From positions 1 to 64,000 of the forward strand of contig CAWBOC010000004.1 of the NCBI GenBank assembly GCA_963790305.1: DNA of 64,000 bases, written 5' to 3'. A program made the position numbers and the translations under genes. Source of the DNA: an uncultured Gemmatimonadaceae bacterium (GTDB lineage Bacteria > Gemmatimonadota > Gemmatimonadetes > Gemmatimonadales > Gemmatimonadaceae). A model generated the notes under the pieces. The model saw nothing but the letters and a program-made list of their open reading frames with translations. It was not told the origin of the DNA and ran no database searches. Shown in pieces: positions 60,933 through 64,000 of this stretch (the stretch's first letter is position 1; each line of letters begins with the position of its first letter).

Positions 60933-63218
60933 ATGAGCGAACGCACGAAGCGGCCCCTCGCTGCTGCCGAGGGGGAGTCGGTCGTCGGGGACGCTCGCCT
61001 GACACCTTCTTCGTCTCGCCCGCGGAAGAAGCTGACCGCCGTCCAGGTGCGCGCGCTCGCCGACGAGCTGCAGTCGCTTGGCCGGCAGGGGGCGGGCGGA
61101 CGCGCCGCCGCGATCGAGATGCTGCAGACGATCGATCGCGATGGCGACTTCTCCCCTGCTGCACGGTCAATGTTTCAGGACCTGCTCGGCGCATGGGGCG
61201 TAGCGACGGCTCATCCGATCGGCATTCCGGCGAATGACACGCCGTACTGGCTTCGTGGTGAACGGCAGTTGGCCAACCACCAGTCGAACGCGGCGCTCCC
61301 CGCGATCGCCAATGTCGTGATCATTGGGGCCGGCCTCACCGGCGCATCGGCCGCGTATCATCTCGCGCAGGAGGTCAAATCGCAGGCGCGGATCGTCGTG
61401 CTCGAGCAGGGCGAGCCGGCCGGCGAAGCCAGTGGCAGGAACGGTGGCAACTTCGAGCTCTTTCCCGAGAACTCGGTCGGCATGTACGAGGGGCTCGCGA
61501 GCGAGCGCGTGGCATTCCTGCGTCGCCGGTATCCGGGACTCCCCAGCGCGATCGTGCAGGCGGAAAGCGAGCGTCAGGCGTCGGTCGTGCTCGGACTTTC
61601 TCTGCGAAACCGCGACCTGCTCAAGAGCATCATTCTTCGCGAGCAGATCGATTGCGACTTCGCCCCAAAGGGCTGGCTGCACCTGGCCTGCAATGAAGAG
61701 CAGGAACAGGGCATGTGCGACGAGGTGATGCTCGCCGCACAGCACGGTCAGCGCATCGAGATCTGGTCGCGCCGCAAGATCCGCGAGGAATTCGGGATCG
61801 AGACGGCCTACCTCGGCCGCTTCAGCCCGGGCGACGGAACCTATCACCCGTTCAAGTACGTCTACGGGCTGCTGCAATCGGCGCTACGCAACGGGGTCGA
61901 GCTCTACACGCACGTGCGCGTGGTCGATGTCGCCTCACGAGCGCCCGACGACCATCAGGTGCTCACCGAGCGTGGAACGATCATCGCCCGGCGAGTGATC
62001 GTCGCGACGAACGCGTTCACGAGCCAGCTCTTCCCCGAGCTCGACGAGATTCGTCCGCATCAGAGCCAGATCCAGGTCACCGAGTTTGCGCCGGACCGCA
62101 CTCGCGGCCGCGTCGTCACCTGCGAGGAGGGTCCGGTGTTCTTCAATCAGCCGCGCGATGCCGTTCGCGATGGGCTGGCGCCGGTTCTCATGGGTGGCGG
62201 CCCCGATCGGCGCATGCAGAGTCCGTCGTCGCGTCGCCGGTCGCCGCGCGTGCATGAGCAGCTGCTCGCACTGCGCTCGCGATTCTATCCGGAGCTCGAC
62301 GGCCGGCCTCCATCGGCGGAATGGATCGGCGCGATGGCGTTCACTCCTGACCAGCTTCCCGCAATCGGATTTCTTCGGCCGGGAGTCGTCGTTGCCGCTG
62401 GCTACAATGGGTACGGCGGAAGCTTCACCACGGCGGCCGGGCTTGCCGCGGCGCGCATGGTGCTCACGTCGTCCACTCCCGACTGGGTGCCGGAGGACGT
62501 GTTCTCGCCGCGGCGCCTGCTCGGCAGCGAGCCCCTCTTCATGACGGCGCAGGACAGTCTCTGGCGTATCGCGACGTCGCTCTGCCGCCAGCTGAAGGTG
62601 GTCGATCGGCAGATCACCGAGTCACTCGCGCTTCGTGGATCGGCGCGCGCACGGTCGCGTGCGGCGCCGAGGAACGTGACGCAGATGATGCGCGCGGTCC
62701 CTCGCGACACCTCCCCCGGATCGAGCATCGATGCGACGCTGCTGCACGCGCTCGACGCCTTCAGCGATTTCTCGGTCGATGAGCTGAACCAGATGCTCGC
62801 GGCGGCGACTCGCTGTGACCTTCCGAAGGGACGCATGCTGTTCCGGGAGGGCGATCTCGGTGACAGCTGCTTCATTCTGGTGCGTGGTCAGGTCGACGTG
62901 ACGATCAAGGTGCGGCAGCAGCGGCATCTGCTGGCCCAGCTGTCGCCGGGAAAGATCTTCGGGCAGGTCAGTCTCATCGCGGGCGAGCCTCGCTCGGCGA
63001 CCTGTACGATTCGCCGCGATGCGGTCCTCGCGCAGCTCGACCGCGACGCGTGCGAGCGACTGCTGAGCACACAGGCGCCGGTAGCGCTCAAGTTCCTCGC
63101 CGCGCTCAATCGCGGCTTGACCGAAGCGCTGCGCACCGCGGATCGTCGTCTCATGCAGCTCAACGACGACAATGCGCGGACCGACGAATGGCACAGCTCC
63201 ACGACCGTCGCGCCCTGA
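60933..63218 (+). CDS. FAD-dependent oxidoreductase (DAO family) with a C-terminal cyclic-nucleotide-binding domain
   Basis: GAGLTG, ASGRNGG, TPDQLPAIG, GYNGYG; then LFREGD.GDS...G.IFGQVSL....PRSAT. Confidence 0.88.
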   Translation: MSERTKRPLAAAEGESVVGDARLTPSSSRPRKKLTAVQVRALADELQSLGRQGAGGRAAAIEMLQTIDRDGDFSPAARSMFQDLLGAWGVATAHPIGIPANDTPYWLRGERQLANHQSNAALPAIANVVIIGAGLTGASAAYHLAQEVKSQARIVVLEQGEPAGEASGRNGGNFELFPENSVGMYEGLASERVAFLRRRYPGLPSAIVQAESERQASVVLGLSLRNRDLLKSIILREQIDCDFAPKGWLHLACNEEQEQGMCDEVMLAAQHGQRIEIWSRRKIREEFGIETAYLGRFSPGDGTYHPFKYVYGLLQSALRNGVELYTHVRVVDVASRAPDDHQVLTERGTIIARRVIVATNAFTSQLFPELDEIRPHQSQIQVTEFAPDRTRGRVVTCEEGPVFFNQPRDAVRDGLAPVLMGGGPDRRMQSPSSRRRSPRVHEQLLALRSRFYPELDGRPPSAEWIGAMAFTPDQLPAIGFLRPGVVVAAGYNGYGGSFTTAAGLAAARMVLTSSTPDWVPEDVFSPRRLLGSEPLFMTAQDSLWRIATSLCRQLKVVDRQITESLALRGSARARSRAAPRNVTQMMRAVPRDTSPGSSIDATLLHALDAFSDFSVDELNQMLAAATRCDLPKGRMLFREGDLGDSCFILVRGQVDVTIKVRQQRHLLAQLSPGKIFGQVSLIAGEPRSATCTIRRDAVLAQLDRDACERLLSTQAPVALKFLAALNRGLTEALRTADRRLMQLNDDNARTDEWHSSTTVAP

Positions 63219-63355
63219 TCGGCATCGCCATTCACCGGCTGGTGCGGCCGCGGATCGATCCGGCCATACCATCGCTGAGTCCCTGTGATTACGTTAGGCG
63301 TCGCTGTCACGGATTGGCCGTGACCACGCTGGACTTTTCCGTTGAGTAGAGCCTC

Positions 63356-64000
63356 ATGACGTCGATGCGCAGGTTACAGGGTGTGGTGCTCGGTCTGGCC
63401 GTCGCTGTGGCGGCTGGCTGTGGAGATTCCGGAACCGGTCCCGCGGGGCCAGTACCCAATTTCGTCAGGCTCCAGAGCGATGCCGGGGATTTCATTGGAC
63501 AGGGCCGGAGCTACGACTATACGAGCGCCAACGCGGTCATAGCCGTCGACGCGACCGGAGGGCATTCTCACGCTCACAATCAGCGGAGACGAAACCTGGC
63601 ACGGCGAGTTTCAGATGCCGAGTGCGTCTACTCGAATCGCGCCCGGCACGTATGCGAACCTCGAGCGATTCCCCTTTCATGACCCGGCCGACGGAGGTTT
63701 GAGCTGGTCTGGCGAGGGTCGAGGCTGCAACACGCTGGTGGGCTCGTTCACGGTCGACAGCGTGCGATACGCCGGCGACACGCTCACCGCGATCGACATG
63801 AGGTTCGAGCAGCATTGTGAGGGAGGTACACCCGCTCTCGAAGGTACGGTTCACTGGAGGCGGGGTGACGCCACCCGACCGCCGGGGCCGTCGGCGATTC
63901 CGGGAAATCTCTGGCGACCGCCCGCTGGCTCGACCCCCACGAGCGGGAACTTCGTCTATCTCGCCAGCGATGCCGGCGACTACATCGGCCAGGGATTTAC
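63356..64000 (+). CDS. Lipoprotein with repeated SDxGDxIGQG domains (frameshift ~63570; runs off the window)
   Basis: VAAGC lipobox; LQSDAGDFIGQG...GRGCN...FEQHCE, then LASDAGDYIGQG. Confidence 0.75.

Noticed and set aside
1..64000. tRNA, rRNA, integrase, transposase, prophage or known defence system
   Set aside because: No recognisable motifs by eye; covariance-model and HMM searches were not run.

Overview
GC-rich bacterial DNA, most likely Gemmatimonadota (an inference from the gene repertoire: many secreted lipoproteins, BTAD/wHTH-TolB-TPR regulators, a PadR-ADOP permease pair, a Hanks kinase and plug-only lipoproteins). It is an accessory region of about 65 small, functionally unrelated genes. 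I saw no rRNA, tRNA, CRISPR array, transposase or integrase. About 20 genes are broken by single-base frameshifts, which suggests unpolished long-read sequence, and the first ~1.74 kb looks like a chimeric piece of different origin. Most notable observations: (1) an integron-core-like heptamer, CGTTAGG(C/T/A), recurs at gene ends and at junctions between gene fragments with no recognisable attC, suggesting a mosaic of attC-less cassettes; (2) an ECF43-like sigma factor is coupled to a partner that lacks its kinase domain, next to plug-only TonB-like lipoproteins; (3) two vanadium-haloperoxidase/PAP2 lipoprotein genes each lie divergent from a membrane-anchored TPR regulator; (4) a CarH-type B12 photoreceptor operon has 11-bp periodic operator repeats and is led by an outer-membrane barrel gene; (5) unusual fusions occur: aldo-keto reductase/P-loop kinase/HAD (flanked by degenerate direct repeats), FAD oxidoreductase/cNMP-binding domain, and hydrolase/TPR. 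All family assignments come from motif recognition by eye; no searches were run.
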